Numbered from the stretch's first letter, positions 13,252 through 27,422 are shown. The stretch: DNA of 64,000 nucleotides from Carcharhinus amblyrhynchos (GCA_965287045.1 OZ336880.1:10416001-10480000); one strand, 5' to 3'. Notes: generated from the letters alone by a model not told the origin. Numbers and translations: made by a program.

Positions 13252-14090
13252 GAACGGAATTTTCCCATGTCATAACAGTGTGAAAATGGTAACGTTTCAC
13301 CCCAACCCTTTGGGTGAGCTCAGCACTGCAACCCCCTAGCAGTCTTTTTTCCTGACAGCTGGGAGCTTTTCACTGGCAGGGGTGGAGCGTGATGGGGGTG
13401 TACCTACGTATGCCAGTGAAAATGGCTTCAGAGCAGGAGGGAGCCATTGCGCAGGGCGTCCCAATCTGACAGCTGGGAGACCTCCTCCCGCATCCCCCAT
13501 TGGACATCTGACCCCCACCACCCCGCCACCCCACATCAATGTGGATTGCTGGCATTGGGGCATTAGGACCCTTCCAATGACTCCCTTGGCAGACCTCTGA
13601 CATGACTCCCCCCCATATCATGGCTCCCTGCACAACCATTGTAGCTGTCAAGGGCAGTACAAAAGCAGTGAGGCCCTGGTGGGGATGGGGCCCGAGTGGG
13701 TGTGGGGCGATGAGGGGGTTATGCAGAATGATGGGGGGGGTGCCTTATGCAGGGCGATGCTCTGCAAGGCTGGTGATCAACAAGGGGGAGCTCTGCAAGG
13801 GAGGTAGTTGTGCATCCAATGGTGGGAGGTGGGGGGGGTTGGTGGTGGGGGTCTGGTGTCCAATGGGGGATGTGGGAGGAGGTCTCCCAGCTGTCAGATT
13901 GGGAAGCCCTGCGCAATGGCTCCCTAAGTGCTCTGAAGCCATCTTCACCGGCATACTTATGTTTCCCTCCATCACCCTCTACTCCTACCAGTGCAAAACT
14001 CCCAACTGTCAGGAAATAAGACTGCCAGAAGGTTGCAGTGTTGAACTCGCCCAAAAGATCAGCATGAAACATTACTGTTTTCACAACTAT
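13252..14090. mobile_element. Foldback-like element with ~260-bp inverted arms
   Basis: 13271-13530 is the reverse complement of ~13822-14090 (e.g. ctttgggtgagctcagcactgcaacc / ggttgcagtgttgaactcgcccaaaag); left end ggaacggaattttcc is Harbinger-TIR-like. Confidence 0.85.
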
Positions 14091-14341
14091 TCCACTTGGT
14101 CTCTGCTATCCTAGAGCAGCAGTGATCTCGCTGGCATGACATGCCTTTTCACTCTGCGAATAGCGAAGTTGCTATTTCTATGACCCAAGTGAAAATAACT
14201 TATGGGAGAAAGGGTTAAAGTGAATTGATACTGTATGACTTACCACTGTCACTGTCATCAGGTCTGCTGACTGTTCATTTCTCTATTTGACTCTGTAGCT
14301 GTCACCAAAGAGGGGGAAAAATACCAAATTTCTCAATGCTA

Positions 14342-14960
14342 GGCCAGAATTCTCAGAAAAAAATTCTAATTGTCGAATTTGAGTTAAAACTGGAATAATT
14401 CATGCTGGTTTTTCAGTGGGAGTTCAAAGAAGAATCTCCCAAACTCTGTGCATTGCGGAGGTCTCCAGTATGAATATCATTAAATACTTGGAGAAGGGGC
14501 CTATTCCCACTATAGAGGCCGAAATCAACTCACTGAATGAATCACTGCACATGCACCAATCTATCAATGCTGAGATTGGTGCATGCGCAGTGGCCCTGCA
14601 CTAATGGCCTCTTGATTGCTGGTGAGCTTGATTACCAGCCCAGGATCACCCCATCACTGGTCCTTGACACCCCCCTCCTCCCCCAACAGCCTGATCACCG
14701 CCCCCAACTATTTCCAGGCCCAGCCTTGGACCCTCCCTTCCCAGCCTGCCCCAATCTCCAGACTCCCCTGTGACAGTTACCCCTCCCGCCGCACAGTCCT
14801 GACCACCCCTGCAAAACTGAACCCCCCAGGGGTCCTGACCCCACCCCGCCCAGTCCTGAGACCCCCCAGCCCTCCTTAATAGCTGGTCTCCCTCGCTTCC
14901 CCACCAGTCCCTATGCAAAGTGGCAGTGAGACCTCCCATCCACATTGATCACTCTAAATT
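14342..14960. mobile_element. Truncated Harbinger-type non-autonomous element
   Basis: Left end ggccagaattctc..aaaaaattctaattgtcgaa resembles the ends at 1634 and 10617; C-rich interior; no right TIR found. Confidence 0.65.
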
Positions 14961-15376
14961 AATGAACACTGGGGGAATTAAATTGTCATGCCAACACCAA
15001 AATACCTGACTGGTACTTGCTGCCAAAATTGCAATCACTTTCACTCAATTGCTGCTTTTCTAAAATTAGTGAAAAAGGAATAAGTGGTCCAATATCTCAA
15101 ATTGATTAATACAGTCAAATCTGAACAAAATTTAAGTGACTGGAGAGTGCCAACTCATTACACACCATACACCTCTGCAGTTTCAGATTTGGGGACGAGT
15201 GGAAACTAATCTGCCAACTGTACATATGATCAGTTCGAATATTTCTCAATTGGGGATTTACCACCAAAAAGAGAAATAAAATATGGTGGTGGCAGATCAA
15301 TTCACCAACCTACTCTGGGGCCTTCAAACATTAATCCCCAAAAATATAAGTCAAAATCATGGGGAAGCACTCAATA

Positions 15377-16116
15377 GGCTGCAGTTTAATTCAGGCGATT
15401 GGTCTTTCACCCCCCCCGGAGGAGGTCTGCCATGTGAAGTCCCAGTCGGACACTGAAATGGTCAGCGACGGGCTTTTCTGGGACAGGGGTCCTGTCAATG
15501 GGAATCATCTTCCTGTGAGCTGCCTGTCAATTAGTGGCTGGCAGTTCTCCACCAGAAATGATGGTAGCTGCCTGCAATGCACCTACCAGAATCCAAGAAT
15601 CAACAAGGAATGCAGGCTACATGTGAATGACAACGAGATAGGGGTCATGGGATAGGGTTGCCGACTGGGAGGAATAATAGTGGTCGAACAAAGGGTTCAG
15701 CTCTCAGCAGGCCTTTCCCCTTCCCTCAAATTCCTTGATAATCAGGTGCTGAATGCCTTTGAATGAGGGACCCTGCCCCAGAAGTCTGCAAACATACCTG
15801 ACAAGGTTTTGCTTCTCAACCAGATGGAAAAAAAACAATAAAAAGGGGAAATAGTAATATTAGTCTGAATTGCTGTTGTGTATTTTAAAATGGAATACCA
15901 GTAGGGAAATAAGAATACTAGTCTGAACTGTTTTTTCTTCTGGGTAGATGCTTCACATAGCAGCTGCCCTGTTGATGGTTGGATACTGCCCTGAACTTAA
16001 TCAGGACAAGTGGGAAGGCGGCAGGGTCCCCACCCTGCACCCTATAGTCCGATTAAAGGACAGTTCCCACCACCTGCTTTCAAATTCAGCTTGGTGGAGG
16101 GCATAAAATTCTGCCC
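15377..16116. mobile_element. Old Harbinger-type MITE
   Basis: Right end ataaaattctgccc matches the window's TIR consensus; left boundary uncertain. Confidence 0.45.
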
Positions 16117-16729
16117 AGAGTTTTCAGTTGGTAATCATTCATCACAAATAATCTAAATCTACTCCGCACCTAGAATTTGCCTGCTGTTTGCACCTTTACA
16201 TGACTTAAAACATGAGAAAGTGAGATTAAAGATAATAAGAGGAAAAGTCAGGCAAGAACTGAATTACATTCAAACTGAACAGCACTGCCAACTGTAGCAC
16301 AGAAGCTTTAAGAGGCACAAGTTACACTAAGAAAAGCACACAGAAATGGACATCTTTTGTCAGTTATTTATTTGATTTATATTTATGGTAGGTTCAGTAA
16401 TGTAAACATTAGCTTTTCACCTTGGGATTCAAATACGGAACAGACTTAAAGATTTCCTAAGTTCTTTTTCTCATAACCTTTGAGTCATTTAGAAAATGAG
16501 TTGGAAGTAGTCTAGATCCATTTTCAAATTGCAGGGATCTGCAAGACTGATCTGATCCTCTAACTTGACAATCTTGAGCCACAAGATGTTTGGTGTGGGA
16601 AATAGAACTTCTTTATGCTGCAATTGGTGATGTGATTTTTCTGAATTTTCAAATGAAGTACATTGCTGAAAGAGAACAAAAACCTTTAATATGCAATGCC
16701 TCACTGACATTGACACTACAGGATTTGAG

Positions 16730-17110
16730 TTGATTTGATTTATTATTGTCACACGTATTAACATAGTGAAAAGTATTTGTTCTTACACGTTATACAGACA
16801 AAACATACTGTTCATAGAGAAGGAAATGACAGAGTGCAAAATGTAGCATTACAGTCATAGCTAGGGTGTAGAGAAAGATCAACTTAATGCAAGGTAAGTC
16901 CATTCGAAAGTCTGACAGCAGCATGGAAGAAGCTGTTCTTGAGTCAGTTGGTACGTGACCTCAAACTTTTGTTTCTTTTTCCTGATGGAAGAAGGTGGAA
17001 GAGAGAATGTCCGGGGTGCATGGGGTCCTTAGTAATGCTGACTGCTTTGCCATGGCAGTGGGAAGTGTAGACAGAGTCAATGGATGGGAGGCTGGTTTAC
17101 GTGATGGATT
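16730..17110 (-). mobile_element. Rex1/Babar-type LINE 3' fragment
   Basis: Minus strand encodes SLPSIDSVYTSHC..KDPMHPGHSLFHLLPSGKR..KNSFF and ends aataaatcaaatcaa. Confidence 0.8.
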
Positions 17111-17805
17111 CATTTTCTGAATATGTCCTCTCAACACAGACTTGCCCGCTGCAAAACCATGAGCATTCTTCTGACTTTCTAACCATTATTAACAGAAAAT
17201 CATGGGACATACCCATATGAAGCACTTTGGGATGTCTTACGCTTGTGAAAGGAGCAATAAAAGTCTTTCTTCTATAACTTCCTGACATCAATTCTTATTA
17301 TGCAGGGCTCCATGCTCGAAGTGATTGGTTGGAAAATCTCTCTGAGGTTGCTGAAGTTTTCCATTCCACATTAATGTCTATCATCTTAACCATAACAGAT
17401 ACAAATCATTTCACCACATTTCTTCCACTTCAGAGGCATCTTTTGCAGATTTAAAAGGCAGAAGGCAAACTATTAACGTAGCTTTATTGATAAAGCTAAA
17501 AATTGGTTTATCACAATAAATGAGTAATTGTATTCAAGGTCAAATCCATTGTCATTGAGTAACCAATTTAAGTAATTGACTTTTCAAAAAAAAAACACAT
17601 AGAACCATTTACTAATTTCATTTGTGTACAATAGTCTATTTCTGAGTAAATTAAGTACTCCCCATGTCCTGAAAGAACTCCTCCAGAAGAATTCTTGTTT
17701 GCTTTCTGCCCTTTAATGAATTTTTTATTCTTTCACAAGATTTTACCTGAATCACTATTTATTTGAATTTGATTGTCTTTCATGTGAAACTACATAAAAT
17801 AATAA

Positions 17806-17985
17806 CCCCCAGGATATTGATAGTAGGACATTCGGTGTTGGTAATGACATTGAAAGTCAAGGGGTGATGGTTAGATTCTCTCTTGTTGGAGATGATCATT
17901 GCCTGGAACTTACATGCTGAAAATGTTACTTGCCAATAGTCAACCCAAGACTGGATATTATCCGGGTCTTGCTGCATTTGTAATT
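17806..17985 (-). mobile_element. CR1/L2-clade RT C-terminal fragment
   Basis: MQQDPDNIQSWVDYWQVTFSACKFQAM...TINILGV resembles the LQxDLxxxxxWxxxWxxxFxxxK RT motif. Confidence 0.7.
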
Positions 17986-19776
17986 GGACTTCTACCTTAA
18001 AGAAAATAAGGAGGTTGGTCAATTGCCCCCTTCTGAATCCACAGACAGAATTTTCCTAACCCATTGGAGCAAGGTTTTGCAAGAGCCAAGGTGGGAAAGT
18101 GGCACTGGGACAGGATCTTGATGTGGTCCTGCCTTTTCTGGCTTTCCCCGGAGTGATTCCGAAAGGCTTTTCCCTTGAATTTGTAAGTAATTAAGAATTT
18201 GTTGAAGCTGTGGGGGTAACCATGAACTACGTTGGTTCTGAATGCTGGATTTTCCAGCCAGGGGATCTGTTTCCTGATCTGTTGGCAAATTGTCAGGGTC
18301 ACCCAGGTGAATGTGGAAAGACTCTGTTAATGAAACTGATAAACTGTAAAGGCTTTGATCAGTTTCACTGAAAAGCTGCAGCCCTGGCCAGGGACAAATT
18401 GCTGTTCAAAGCACTTCTCTCAGAGAGTGGTTTCAATGCTTGACATGTGATTGCCAACTTACTGGAAGATGTTTTGCTTGCCCAGCACTTCATTCCCCCT
18501 TAGTTACATTTTCTTGCTGCCAGCCTTCACCATGATATGGGAGCACCTGATATAGCTCCACATTCATCTTTCCTTGGGGTCAAGAGTAGAAGCCACACCG
18601 TAGCTAACTGCTCCAGCACTAGTAGGATCATCAGTTTCTTTCTTAGCCAATATTTAGTCAATGGCAGGCGGCTGACAGGTTGTGCAACAAATCCAGCCCA
18701 AAAGTGTTTGTCACAGGAGGGAGCAACTCCACCCTCTATCAGATCCCTGTATTTTATCAAGTTGTGTGTTCTCTTCTTCAAGAAGAGGTATGTGTTGTTT
18801 TATTAGCTTGTGTGGAGATGAGGGAAGCAGGTGGAGGGTGACTGTGAATTCAACAGGATATTGGGTGTTGGTTGCTCAAGTAGGCATTTGAGATGCCTGA
18901 AGATAGAAGCGTGATGTGTTGACCTGAGGAATACTGTGCCGAAGTATTCTAAGCAAGTCAGAGACTGAGATTTTTCAGTCCATTCCAGGGAATGGTAAGT
19001 CTGAAATTTTCAGCCAAAATTTTCTTTGGATGGACATTTCCAGCTTAACAATTATCTGAAAGTGTTAAAAACATTGTGCTGGTAACTGGATCTGCCTAGA
19101 AAACTGGTTGTTCTCCCAGATCAAACTAATTACCTTCATGCTTGCATTAGTTGCACCCCTTTTTAATTTTCGGCATAAGGGCGGTGATAGGTGTCAGAAG
19201 CTTTTAAATATTAAATAATAATTTATTTACTCAGAAACTGATAACTGTATGAAACTAGTAAATGGTTCTGCCAAGTATTTTAAAATTCCTTATCAATTAT
19301 TTGGAACCAGGTTATTCAGAGAGAGTGGACTAGACTGATTTGCAATAAACTCATTCTCACTTTGTTAGGGATCAGATCAGAAACCCCAAGGTGTATTATG
19401 AAGTTAGACGAGACCTCAGCTATTTTTCAATTTTGGCATTAGTGTGAGAATAAGATGTTTCACTCCAGGTGTGATCCTATTGACCCACTAAGAAGCTTTT
19501 ATCAAAATAAACTTTATATAACAATACAGATTTAATTAGAATGAATGCATTAGCTTAACTCTTATCAGCTGAATTACTTAAACATGACAAGCTACAATTC
19601 TTAACTGCTAATCTATCTCTATTCATTCCAATTTAAGCAACAGTCATCTTATTGACTTAAATTCCTCTTCAAAAGCAGTTAGCAAACAATACTTGTTAAC
19701 AGTCCCAGAGGCTTTGAACACTTCTGTGGAGAGACAAAGAGACACATGTCTTCTGACACTCAAACTGTAGCTTTCG

Positions 19777-19808
<32 letters not shown>

Positions 19809-19816
19809 GAGACAGA
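19777..19816. repeat. (GA)n/(GACA)n microsatellite
   Basis: Directly visible. Confidence 0.9.
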
Positions 19817-19823
19817 AACATCG

Positions 19824-19953
19824 TGGTCGGGATTTTCCAGCCGTGCTCGCCTGAAAAACCAGAGGTTCCTGCTTGACGTCAATAGACCTATACATGGTCC
19901 GCCTCCTGTCCACTAGAATTCCAGTGACAGGTGGGATGGGGGATTTCTGACCA
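19824..19953. mobile_element. ~130-bp MITE nested in the solo LTR
   Basis: TIRs tggtcgggattttcc / ggggatttctgacca; same family as 24-143. Confidence 0.75.
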
Positions 19954-20562
19954 ACTTCTTTCTGGATCATGAAGAAACTGTTTGCTTTTTCCTGTAAGTT
20001 TAGTTCCTCTCATTAGCACATGACTAAAAACCCTAGGCTAAAAGCCAAAAAAAGCAAAAATTGCATTAACTCAGATTAAAACACACGACATTATCTAAAA
20101 CTAATTATTAACCTGCATTCTCAGCATATGAGTTGCCAGGTGCAGACAAATTAGCACGTGTGAACAGAGCTGAATTCTAAACATACCTCCAACAAGAAGC
20201 ATGATAAAAATGTATTTCTTAAAGGCACAGTATCATCACAACTTGCATTAATAAACTGCACCAGGTTACCACTTTTAAAAACATTAAGGATTATTTTTTA
20301 ATACAAATGTTCTTTTAATTATATATTGAAATGCTGCCCAAATGTATTGGTTCATGGAAGATTTTACACATGTAATACTCAACTGTGGTTGAGCAGAAAT
20401 TTGAGTAAAAAGTTCAATTCGTAAAACTGGCACAATTTTGAGTGCAATTTGCAGCTAATCTTTCTCCAGAAATTCTTTGTCAACGTATGAATCTAGAGTA
20501 CTCAAAGTGTATTACATTTATTATAAGCTTACTATTTTAAAATATGAAACATGATGTATATG

Positions 20563-20920
20563 TGCCAGCTTGATTCAGTTTGTGGAATTCTTGCCTTTGA
20601 GTCAGAAGGCTCATGTTCTACTCTTGAGCGCTTGTAATCTCAGTTGACATTTAAATGTTGTTGTAAGTGCTGTCTTTCAGATATATGGACATTTGAAAAA
20701 AGAACAGGGGTATGTCCCTGGTGTCCTAGTTAACAAATACACCTCAACTAACATGATCAAACCAGATTATCTGGTCTCTTACCTCCTTGCTTTTCTGAGA
20801 CTTTGCTATGCATAAATTGGTAGTTGATTTTCCCCACACTGTGGCAATGCTGCCTTTAAAAGGTTTAGCTGTTATGCACTTTGAACGTATAAAATTGTGA
20901 AGTTCAAGTTCTTGCTTTTG
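20563..20920 (+). mobile_element. Old Deu-domain SINE
   Basis: tRNA-like head (cttgcctttgagtcagaagg), gctgtctttcagat core, accagattatctggtc, tail gcactttg. Confidence 0.6.
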
Positions 20921-22665
20921 TTGCGGGTGGGAAAAGGACTGATAGATTTCAAGACTTCTTAAAGCAATGCAGCCCCTCTCCAAGCAGCTGTGGTTACTAA
21001 TATTAAGTGCTTTTAGGTTCCTGTCATTTTTTTATCAGAGTCTATGAAGGCTAGACTGTGTCAGAAAATTAGCAGGGATGTTTGTGCCTCTAGATTCTAT
21101 AAAGGCATTTGGGGCAGGCCAAGTTCCAGGACATAATTTCCCAGAGTTTGCCCAGTATAGTTCCTGGTTATTGAGCCATTCTGAGAACCACTTAGGGTGA
21201 CAGGTGCCACAATAATATCTGAATGTTTGTCTACATATCATCTAGTGCATATCATCTAGAAAGCAAATCTCACAAACAATGCAGAGGCTGATGTGATTAT
21301 TACTGCCAGCTCCAAGGTAATGTAATTCCCCCTACAGTAGTGGAGCCCAACATGACTTATATATTAGTAAAATGAATGCCTGTCAGACAGAAAATCATAC
21401 AATTTCCTTCAATAATTCAGAAAGCCATTAGCTCATTTCTGCAAGCCCCCAAGGAACTTCTGAAACAAAGATATATCTCCCCTCATAGTACTTCATAAAT
21501 GACAATGCACAGCCCTATAGGGCCCATCGCTCCTTTACAATTTCTTCCAAAATGGAAGGGACTATCATCAAATTATCCCGATTCCCATTCCCCCCAAAAG
21601 ACTATTCCTAATGTAATACATTTGCAAGTAGCATGCAACAAATTTATAAATATTTCGTAAAATATATATGCCTATTCTTAAAGGAAGTAGATAAACATTT
21701 TTTAAAATGTTACTTTCATTGTAAAAGCACTTTCATTGTATTCCTCTGTCCTTTCTTCTTTTTGTACATTGGACCACAATATTACAATCTTCAATTCACC
21801 AACGTAATACAAACAAAAGTACAACTTCATGACATAAGCTGTCATCTGTGTAGGAGGATGTGGCATTGCTAATGGAGGAAGCACCTGCTGGCCCACCTTA
21901 TAGAATTCAAAGCCAGTATTACAAGAAGACAAAAGCGTGCAAATGTCTTTGCCCTACTTGCAGGAAAAGAGTTCTGTTGCAGTAACAGGATGTGGAAGTG
22001 AGCATCGGAGACTTATGATCTTCAGTTTACTAAAGTGTGGAGAAATTGGAGTCTATTTGCACAATACCTTGCTGAAAATGCATGAGGCTGCGGGACAAGA
22101 AGATTTAGAAAGCTCCACCAATGACTCGAGTGACGTTCTGCATCATTCCTTAACCCAATCCTTGCGTTACACTGATCAGCTTATTGGCCATATATTCTCA
22201 CTATTGGTTTAACTAATCTAAATGTCTATGCATCTTGATTTTGCTGATACAAGTCGAACACATTCAGCTCCAACTGAAGGTTTTGTTAATGGAGCAGAAA
22301 TGATTTGTAATTTGCTGCACAATGAATTAACAAGCATTGCGATCTCATCCCAACTGTTGCCAGCCAGGCAAACTACAAGGCAAAATCTACTTTGATTTTG
22401 AAAACCTTTAGACAGGATGACAGTTATGTGGTCAGTGTTACCTGATCAAATATTAGATGCAGATCTTCTGATGTGTCAACCAAAACCAGCGTTCCTCCAG
22501 TGAGACAACAGTCTTATTATGCCTGAGACTATATCATCTCTTCTATCAACTCCATTTTGCATTCTCTATGTTAAGTTGAACATTTCTGTTCCTGCACTTA
22601 TAATCTCACATGGTGACAAACATGACAATCACCTATACATTGAGAAGCATGCATTTTTTCATTCT

Positions 22666-25480
22666 ACATAAGAACATAAGAAATAGGAGCAGGGGCCATC
22701 TAGCCCTTCGAGCCTGCTCCGCCATTCAATAAGATCATGGCTGATCTGAAGTGCTTCAGTTCCACTTTCCTGCTTTCTCCCCATAACCCTTAATTCCCTT
22801 GTCTGTCAAAAACCTATCTACCCATGACTTAAATATATTTAGCGAGGCAGCCTCCACCACTTCAACGGGCAGAGAATTCCAGAGATTCACCACCCTTTGA
22901 GTGAAGAAGTTGCTCCTCAACTCCGATCTAAACTGCTCCCCCCCCGCCCTTATCTTGAGGCTGTGCCCTCTAGTCCTGCTATCCTTTCTAAGAGGGCAGA
23001 ATCTCTCTACCTCTACCCTATCCATCCCTTTCATTATCTTATACGTCTCTATAAGATCCCCCCTCATCCTTCTAAACTCTAACGAGTACAGACCCAGCCT
23101 ATTTAGTTTCTCTTCATAGTCCAACCCCCTCATCTCTGGTATCAGCCTAGTGAACCTCCTCTGCACTCCCTCCAAGGCCAAAATATCCTTGCGCAAGTGC
23201 AGCGACCAAAACTGCACACAGTACTCCAGCTGCGGCCTCACCAGTACCCTGTATAGTTGCAGCAAGACCTCCCTACTTTTATATTCTATCCCCCTCACTA
23301 TAAAGGTACGCATTCCATTCACCTTCTTGATCACCTGCTGCACCAGCAGACTGGGTTTTTGCAACTCATGCACAAGGACCCCCAGGTCCCTCTGCACCGT
23401 AGCATGCTGCAGCTTTTTGCCCTTTAAATAGTAATCCCTCCTACTGTTATTTCTGCCAAAGTGGATAACCTCACACTTGCTAACATTATACTGCCAGGTC
23501 CTCGCCCACTCGCTTAGCCTATCCAGATCCCTCTGCAGACTTTACACACCCTCCACGCAATTTGCTTTACCACTCATCTTCGTGTCATCAGCAAATTTTG
23601 TCACCCTACACTCAGCCCCCTCCTCCAGATCATCTATATAAGTGGTAAATAGTTGAGGCCCCAGCACCGATCCCTGCGGCACTCCACTAGTCACCAACCA
23701 TCAATCAGAATAGCACCCATTGATACCAACTCTCTGCTTTCTATTAGACATCCAATCCTCTATCCACGCTCACACCTTACCCCCAACTCCATGCACCTAA
23801 CCTTCTGTAGCAACCTTTTATGAGGCACCTTATCAAATGCCTTTTAAAAATCTAAAAACACCACCACCACCGGTTCCCCTCTGTCTACCGCACTAGTCAC
23901 ATCCTCATAGAAATCCAATAAATTCGTCAAACACGACTTCCCCTTAATGAATCCGTGCTGCGTCTCCTCTATCAATCCATTCTTTTCTAGGTGCCTCGCT
24001 ATTTCTTCTTTGATGACGGATTCAAGCATTTTTCCAACTATAAACATTAAACCAACTGGCCTATAATTCCCTGCCTCTTGTCTGCTACCTTTTTTAAACA
24101 GTGGCGTAACATTAGCCGTTTTCCAATCTTCCGGCACTTCCCCAGAATCCAGCTAATTTTGGTAAATAATCACTAAGGCATCCACTATTACCTCTGCCAT
24201 TTCCTTCAGAACCCTGGGATGCATTCCATCCGGTCCTGGGGACTTGTCCACCTTCAGTCCCATTAGTCTATCAAGCACTACCACTCTAGTGACAGTAATT
24301 GCATTCAGGCCCTCAACTCCTACCAGCCTTCTATCTTTAATATCCGGCAAACTATTCGTGTCCTCCCCCGTGAAGACCGAGGCAAAAAACTTATTTAAGG
24401 CCTCAGCCTTTTCCTCATCTCCCACCGCTGAATCCCCCCTCTCATCCTCTAAGGGTCCAACATTCACTCTAGCCAGCCTCCTCTTCTTTATATATTTGTA
24501 AAAACTCTCACTGTCCTTTTTTATATTTAGTGCTAGTTTAGCTTCATAGTCTATCTTTCCTTTCTTTATCAACTTCTTAGTCATTCTTTGTTGATTTTTA
24601 AATCTTTCCCAATCTTCTAATCGCCCACTACTTTTAGCCACTCTGAACGCATCAGCTTTTAATTTAATACTCTCCTTTATTTCCTTCAATAACCAAGGCT
24701 GGTTATCCCTTCTCCTACATTCCTTCTTTACCATCAGAATATATTTCTGCTGAGTACCGAAAAAGATCTCCTTAAAGATCCTCCACTGTTCCTCAGCCGT
24801 CCTACCAACCAATCTGTGCCCCCAATCTATATTTACCAATTCGTCTCTCATCCTATCATACTCCCCTTTGTTCAAACAGAGGACACAGATTCGGGACCCT
24901 ACTTTCTCATCCTCCATCTGCATCAAAAACTCAACCATACAATGATTGCTCGTCCCAAGAGGATCCCTCACAATAAGATCCCTAATTCTACCTGCCTCGT
25001 TACACAACACCAGATCTAAGATAGCTCACTCCCTCATTGGTTCCGTCACACTCTGTTCAAGGAAACTATCCCAACAGCATTCCGAGAACTCTTCCTCAAA
25101 CCCATCGCGTCCGACTTGGGTCAACCAATCAATATACAAATTAAAATCCCCCATAATTATCGCCGTTCCATTTCTGCTCGCATCATTTATTTGCTTGTTT
25201 ATAGCCCGCCCCACCTCTATTATTTGGGGGCCTACAGACCACACTCACCAGCGTCATCCCCCACCTTACTGTTCCTTATCTCCACCCACAACGATTCTAC
25301 GTTCTGCTCTTTGGAGCCTATATCTTCCCTTACAACCGCCCTGATATTATCCTTAATTAACAGAGCAACCCATCCCCTTTTTCCTCCCATCTATCCTTCC
25401 TAAACACATGATACCCCTGGACATTCAGCTCCCAGTCCCTGTCACCCTGCAACCACATTTCCGCACTTCTGTAATGGCCA
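22666..25480 (-). mobile_element. CR1 LINE, 5'-truncated within the APE endonuclease (ORF2 pseudogene)
   Basis: ORFs 22756-23397, 23844-24137, 24153-25010 and 25026-25244 give IIMGDFN, SPGPDG, QHGF..GKSCLTNL and RPQLEYC; (cataagaa)n tail. Confidence 0.97.
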
Positions 25481-27106
25481 CGTAATGGCTACATTGTGAA
25501 GCACATGCACTATCTGGACAAGGTTACTGATAGATCCATGAGCTGGAAAGTCAAACTGGTCTTCACCCAACCTAACTCAGGGTTGCTGAACTCATTGCAA
25601 TGCTAAGGTAGCATTGACTTGAAATCAATCCTGCAAACATCTGTTCTGTAGGGCTCAGTGCTATATTACCCTTTATTCATAATGTTATCAAGAAAAGCAT
25701 GAGAGAACTGCTTTTGTCAAATTAACAGATTGTATTTCTTATGATCAAGTGTGCATACCATCATGCATTTTTAAATCAATTGATAACAAACATATTTAAA
25801 GAATCAGATTTTACTACATGCCAGTTCATTTGTGGTTACAGTAACATTTTATCTGAAATCTTATTGGCTGCATTGCATATTGGTTTTTGGAGCTGGCAAG
25901 CACCTACAACTTGACAACAGGATGTAGTTTTCTTTCTGCACTTATGACCACAATGAGGATTATACTTTTATTGAGTTTCTGTTGGTTTTTTAGACTTTGA
26001 ATCTTGATTAAAAAAATCACTTTGGATTTAAATAAATTCCACATCCCTGAATTATCTGAATTTTCTTCTGTTTTAGGAGAAACAGGTCCATATAAGATTG
26101 ATAGTATTTCTCCTAAATGCCAGATGTTGCTGTGCCTGTGCTAGAATCCTATACATGACGCATACATTTCCCTCTTGTATGGGTGTGTTGTGGAACATGT
26201 ATCACATTCTGAGATTGTTGTCTTTGTCTTCTCATCATGAATGATACATGTCTTGAGAGGGATCCTCAAACTAGACTTGAATATCAGAAGTTTCAGGACG
26301 CTAAATTTAGCAACAGCAATTCTCAAATGAATCTTCTCACAGAAAGAAAGGGCCATTTTCTGTTCATCTCCTTCCACTGACTATATCCTATCTAACCTGT
26401 TACAGACTCAGTCTTATTTATTTAATCTCAAGACAAACTTCTGGAAAGTTTCACCCAAGCTAGTTCCTACCCTTTCACCATGCACCCCCCCAGTCTCACG
26501 CCCGAAGGAAGTTAATTGAAAACACCACAGAACCAACAAATCTTTACTCTTTTTATCAAACCTGGCTGCTTTTTCTAGAGATGCTAATCTTTTGGGGTCA
26601 CAGCCTATTGGGATAATCCTATTTCCAGGAAAGTACAATAAAAGATTCCCCTTTCCTCCAAACTCTTCTTCCCCTTTTCATTATGGCATGCATCCTCATT
26701 GGTTCAAACAACAATACAACAGCAACTATGCAATGGGATAATCATGAAGTACCTAGTAAGGTGACATTTAATTTTGCTTCAACCACAAAAGGAAACTAAG
26801 ATTACATCACCCAAGCAATAACTATTTTTTCCATATTTGAAATAAATTCAGTATCTAAAATTATATTTAGGATAATGTGACATATTTCAATGCATTTATT
26901 TAAAGAAGGAATGAAATTAGACAACACAGATTAGCACAAATTACCACTAACCATAAATGGCCACAGTCAACAGTAAACCTTGGAATACGAATAAAGATAC
27001 CATATAGTGAATGATAAATTATTAGAACAAAATAAACCTCATAACTTAACCAGTGCACCTTTCAATTTAGAAAGTAAAATGAAAAAGGTATACATATACC
27101 TCCTAT

Positions 27107-27172
27107 AGGGGCAGGCTCGAAGGGCTAGATGGCCTACTCCTGCTCCTATTTCTTACGTTCTTATGTTCTTAC
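27107..27172 (+). mobile_element. CR1 3' tail-only insertion
   Basis: ggggcaggctcgaagggctagatggcctactcctgctcctatttctta..ttcttatg matches the young CR1 3' end. Confidence 0.85.
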
Positions 27173-27422
27173 ATGGTCAGCCCAACATTATCTATTTTAT
27201 AATATTGTCAAATGCTAAAATTATACTCCCTAGCAGTGTCAATTTTATAAAAAAAGTGTATCTCCCAACACACATGCACACCTTTTTCTCTTTGAGGAAT
27301 AGTGGGAAGGATTCCCAAGCTGATTATCAGCCCTTTGAACCACATTATGAACATTCCTTCCATGGCCAATAAGTCCTGGTGTTGGACTTGAACCCAATAT
27401 AGGGACGCTGTCTATTGTACCG

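Larger units (their letters stand above)
19363..20240 (-). mobile_element. Solo LTR (Gypsy-type)
   Basis: TG...CA termini with a perfect 4-bp TSD ACTT (19359-62, 20241-44); contains a GA microsatellite and a nested MITE; orientation inferred. Confidence 0.75.

Noticed and set aside
21937-22212. 91-aa plus-strand ORF after a plausible acceptor
   Set aside because: No donor or recognisable homology; cannot be distinguished from chance or an old transposon remnant
23150-23431. Recurrent Cys/Ser-rich ORF (QNCTQYSSCGLT...) also at 30161, 51899, 52758 and 59747
   Set aside because: Antisense shadow of CR1 ORF2; recurrence reflects copy identity only
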